Assembly: GCA_051599415.1 (NCBI GenBank)
Contig: AP039689.1
Coordinates: 1,116,001 to 1,138,180 of the forward strand
Source of the DNA: Savitreella phatthalungensis
Lineage: Eukaryota
Direction: 5' to 3'
DNA length: 22,180 nt
This document shows, in pieces, positions 19,340-22,180 of the stretch. Within the stretch, counting starts at the first letter, position 1; every line of letters starts with the position of its first letter. Position numbers and translations under genes: made by a program. The notes under the pieces were generated by a model. It was not told where the DNA came from and searched no databases. It worked only from the letters and a program-made list of their open reading frames with translations.

Positions 19340-19903
19340 TCCCAAACTGTTTTCAACGGAGCCAGCTCATAGCCATGAAGCTAGGGATGAAACACTGCAT
19401 GGCATCCCTAACTGTAAGTCAACAGTTAGGGACGAACCAAACTGTAAAACCAAACTGTAAAACCAAACTGTAAAACCAAACTGCAGCCGTGAACCTAACT
19501 GCAAAAACCAAACTGCAAAAACCAAACTGCAAAAACCAAACTGCAAAACCAAACTGCAGCGCTCAACAAATTTGAACCTAACTGCATCCCAAACTGTAGC
19601 CGTGAACCTAACTGCAAACCAAACTGCAAAACCAAACTGCAAGAACCAAACTGCAAGAACCATACTGCAAAAACCAAACTGCAGCGGTGAACCTAATTGC
19701 AAACCAAACTGCAAGAACCAAACTGCAAAAATCAAACTGCAAAAACCAAACTGCAAAAACCAAACTGTAAAACCAAACTGCAAGAACCAAACTGCGAAAC
19801 CAAACTGTAAAACCAAACTGCAAGAACCAAACTGCGAAACCAAACTGTAAAACCAAACTGCATCCAAGACTGCAGCGCTCCACAGATGTGAACCAAACTG
19901 CAT
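19340..19903. repeat. Subtelomeric minisatellite, 13-14-bp unit AA(A/G)ACCAAACTG(C/T), about 30+ copies
   Basis: Tandem CCAAACTGCA/CCAAACTGTA units, densest from about 19435, including a perfect 40-bp higher-order unit repeated 2.5 times at 19761-19860. Confidence 0.95.
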
Positions 19904-19910
19904 CATAAAC

Positions 19911-20003
19911 TCTGCATTTTCTGCATTCCCTGCATTTCCTGCATTTCACTGCATTCTATGCATTCCCTGCATTCCGCTGCATTCTGTGCATTTGACTCTG
20001 CAT
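19911..20003. repeat. 9-10-bp tandem repeat (C)TGCATTYY, about 10 copies
   Basis: tctgcattttctgcattccctgcatttcctgcatttcactgcattc... Confidence 0.9.
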
Positions 20004-20148
20004 CTCTCTGTGCCTGAATGTGAAAAAATTTGGCAAAACCCCCTGTATCAGAACACTCAGAGAAATGTTCTGACCTCGTGCATGGAGGGAAAGCCCCTGA
20101 GAGCGCTCTTGCTCCCTGACTGCCTAGAGCTTATTGGCAGTTAATTGT

Positions 20149-20280
20149 TGCTCCAAGCAGGATTTGAACTCGAGACCTCAAACCCAAAGTTCAAATTCTG
20201 CCAGACCTTCATTTACCCTCCATGCACAAAGCTCATGACTCAGTAGCTCAGTGGAGGCCAAACCACTGTGCCACGAGACC
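20149..20280 (-). pseudogene. Degenerate tRNA-like / Pol III A-box + B-box element
   Basis: The minus strand reads GGTCTCG-TGGCACAGTGG (A box)...GAGGTCTCGAGTTCAAATCCTGCTTGGAGCA (B box / T-arm-like). The stems are mismatched, there is no identifiable anticodon arm and no oligo-T terminator. Confidence 0.5.
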
Positions 20281-21011
20281 AAGGGCCTTGCATTGTGAGC
20301 ACGTGGCAAACACAGTGTATAAACCAAATCTAATTCAGACAGTGAAAAACCGTCGTACATGTGAAAATATTTTTTATAGAGTCAATCAATGGCGTCATGA
20401 TGAGACTAGTCTCACGATCATCTGACATCTGGATCAGAAGATATAGCCAATTAAAGTGGACAAAATGAGAAAATGATGTCATGTTGTGTATACATAGAGG
20501 CATAGATTAAGTGAGATAGGAGATAAGATAGGAATCAGATGGATCAATTCAGCGGTGCACATCACCCAACACAGACTGGCATGCATTGACAACAAATGAG
20601 CTGGTGTTGAAATGGGTGTGGAAATGGGAGATAGATGACAGTGATCATAGTCAATCAGAAGTAGACTAGATGTTAGAACAAGGTAGACAGAAAGCACAGA
20701 CAAGCGCAGTCCCAGCAGAGTGGACAGTGTACAATGCATGACAGGGGGAAGTACATGTGACAGTGCACAAGACAGGCAATAAGAGCAAGTGAGAGTGAAT
20801 TAGAGTCAGTTGTGGCATAAAGGGCACAGTGCAGTGCAAGCAATGAATTTGACTAGCTACAGTGGAGGTAACAGTGCATGCCATGTGACATTGCAGTCAA
20901 TTGCGGTTAATTGATGTTGCACAACAGGCGCCAGTGCCAATTACAGTCCAAGGATTGAGAATGCAGGCAACAGGGTAGGGCCAGGGCCAAGCAGGTGGGG
21001 TTCATGACAAG

Positions 21012-21038
21012 CAGAGACAGAGACAGAGACAGAGTCAG
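21012..21038. repeat. (CAGAGA)n microsatellite, about 4 copies
   Basis: cagagacagagacagagacagagtcag. Confidence 0.7.
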
Positions 21039-21079
21039 TGGCAGGGGCCAGGTGATAAGTGACGATGCAGGAATGATAT

Positions 21080-21520
21080 ATCAAGTGACAGTGCAGTTTG
21101 AACAGATGACAGCATTTGACAGATGGCAGTGCAGTGATGAAACAGGGTACAGTCCAGGCAACAGTGAGTGACAGAAACAGAAAACAGTAGATGACAGGTG
21201 AACAGCAATTGGCAGATCAAAGGTTTGACAAATACCAGGCCACAGAGCAGGGCAGTGGGTCAGGTGACGGTGCAAGTAACAGCGTTTGACAGATGATGGT
21301 GCAGGTAATGGCATTTGACAGATGTGTTGCAGGTAAAGGCGGTTGACAGATGTGTTGCAGGTAAAGATAAAGATGTTTGACAGGTGACAGTGCAGGTAAC
21401 AGCATTTGACAAGCAACATGCAAGTAAGAGCATGTGACAGGTGACATGCAGGCAACAGCGTGTGGCAGGTGACATGCAGGTAACAGCATTTGGCAGGTGA
21501 CGGTGCAGTTGCAGGTGAAA
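21080..21520. repeat. Degenerate ~28-29-bp subtelomeric tandem repeat, consensus near AGGTGACAGTGCAGGTAACAGCATTTGAC
   Basis: Consecutive related units are clearest at 21260-21510. Confidence 0.8.
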
Positions 21521-21858
21521 CAGATGGCAGGGCAATTAACAGTTGGAATGTGGGGAGCAAATGGCATGGGATGTGTCAGGTAAACAGGAGGAAGAGTGTC
21601 GAATAGATGAGGGTTCGAGAGCAGGAGTATAGCAGGATGAGAGGAGCAGCAGAGAGGAGCAGCAAGATGATGATGATGTTGAAGTCCAGCAGGGGCGTAT
21701 GCGTGCGGACAAGTGTAGTGTAGCAAGGCAGCAGGCGTGAGCAAGGCAGCAGGCATGAGCAAAGAAACAAGGTTAGCAGGCAAGCAAGCGAGCGTGCAAG
21801 CAAAAGCGGAGCAAGGGTTGGGGCATTGGTTAGTTTGACGGGGGTTAGTTTTTGTGGG

Positions 21859-22002
21859 TCAGGGTCAGGGTGAGGGTGAGGGTCAGGGTCAGGGTCAGGG
21901 TGAGGGTGAGGGTGAGGGTCAGGGTGAGGGTCAGGGTGAGGGTGAGGGTCAGGGTGAGGGTGAGGGTCAGGGTGAGGGTCAGGGTGAGGGTCAGGGTGAG
22001 GG
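21859..22002 (+). repeat. Proximal telomere variant repeats: 24 hexamers (11 TCAGGG, 13 TGAGGG)
   Basis: Counted directly; no TTAGGG occurs inside the block. Confidence 0.95.
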
Positions 22003-22110
22003 TTAGGGTTAGGGTTAGGGTTAGGGTTAGGGTTAGGGTTAGGGTTAGGGTTAGGGTTAGGGTTAGGGTTAGGGTTAGGGTTAGGGTTAGGGTTAGGGTT
22101 AGGGTTAGGG
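22003..22110 (+). repeat. Telomere (TTAGGG)18
   Basis: 18 perfect TTAGGG copies with the G-strand running toward the window end. Confidence 0.98.
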
Positions 22111-22111
22111 T

Positions 22112-22180
22112 AGGTGCTGTCTCGCAAAGGCAGAAAGTAGTCTTAACCTTAGCAATACGTAACTGAACGAAAATACATAC
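22112..22180 (-). other. Sequencing artefact: Oxford Nanopore native barcode (NB06) with flanks plus ligation adapter
   Basis: AGGTGCTG + T[T]CTCGCAAAGGCAGAAAGTAGTC + TTAACCTT + AGCAATACGTAACTGAACGAA is the reverse complement of adapter ...TTCGTTCAGTTACGTATTGCT-AAGGTTAA-barcode-CAGCACCT. The barcode number is from recall. Confidence 0.95.

Noticed and set aside
19340..19903. CRISPR-like array
   Set aside because: There are no unique spacers, the units are too short, the context is eukaryotic and no cas genes are present.
19367..19949. ORFs of 60-179 aa (FAVWFLQFG..., QTAKPNCKN...)
   Set aside because: They are translations of the 13-14-bp satellite.
20048..20109. Short inverted repeat TCAGAACA/TGTTCTGA and palindrome AGAGCGCTCT as transposon termini
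   Set aside because: They are too short and closely spaced, with no target-site duplication or coding remnant.
20479..22127. Cys/His/Leu-rich minus-strand ORFs and the (PN)n/(PH/PD)n ORF
   Set aside because: They are by-products of TG/CA-rich repeats and telomere hexamers, and one starts inside the adapter.
22111..22180. Non-telomeric sequence beyond TTAGGG read as an interstitial telomere, fusion or telomere-inserted element
   Set aside because: It matches ONT barcode flanks and adapter, so it is an artefact.

Overview
This window is the right-hand end of a chromosome from a very compact fungal genome with no evident spliceosomal introns. By gene style it is probably an early-diverging ascomycete such as Taphrinales or a Protomyces-like species (inference). 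Bases 1-18.7 kb hold 12 tightly packed protein genes: a RING-H2/PH/vWA Far1-like protein (missed by the ORF track because it runs off the left edge), a MARVEL protein, an equilibrative nucleoside transporter, RRP45, an ATS1/KTI13-like RCC1 protein, a GST-like protein, haspin kinase, a PEX26-like protein, a bifunctional HPPK-DHPS (FOL1 without DHNA), a Zn2Cys6 transcription factor, a secreted GH71 alpha-1,3-glucanase and an animal-type DHCR7 sterol delta-7 reductase. There is also an intron-containing tRNA-Asn(GUU). The roughly 2.5-kb subtelomere (19.3-21.85 kb) consists of several TGCA-cored tandem repeats and a decayed tRNA-like A-box/B-box element. It is strongly CpG-depleted, with CG>CA/TG variants between repeat copies. 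It is followed by 24 variant telomere repeats (TCAGGG/TGAGGG) and 18 TTAGGG repeats. The last 69 bases are an untrimmed Oxford Nanopore native barcode plus adapter, not biology. The strongest leads are the CpG-targeted mutation signature, the DHCR7 gene (non-ergosterol sterols), the subtelomeric Pol III-like element and the variant telomere block. All homology calls come from recalled motifs; no searches were run.
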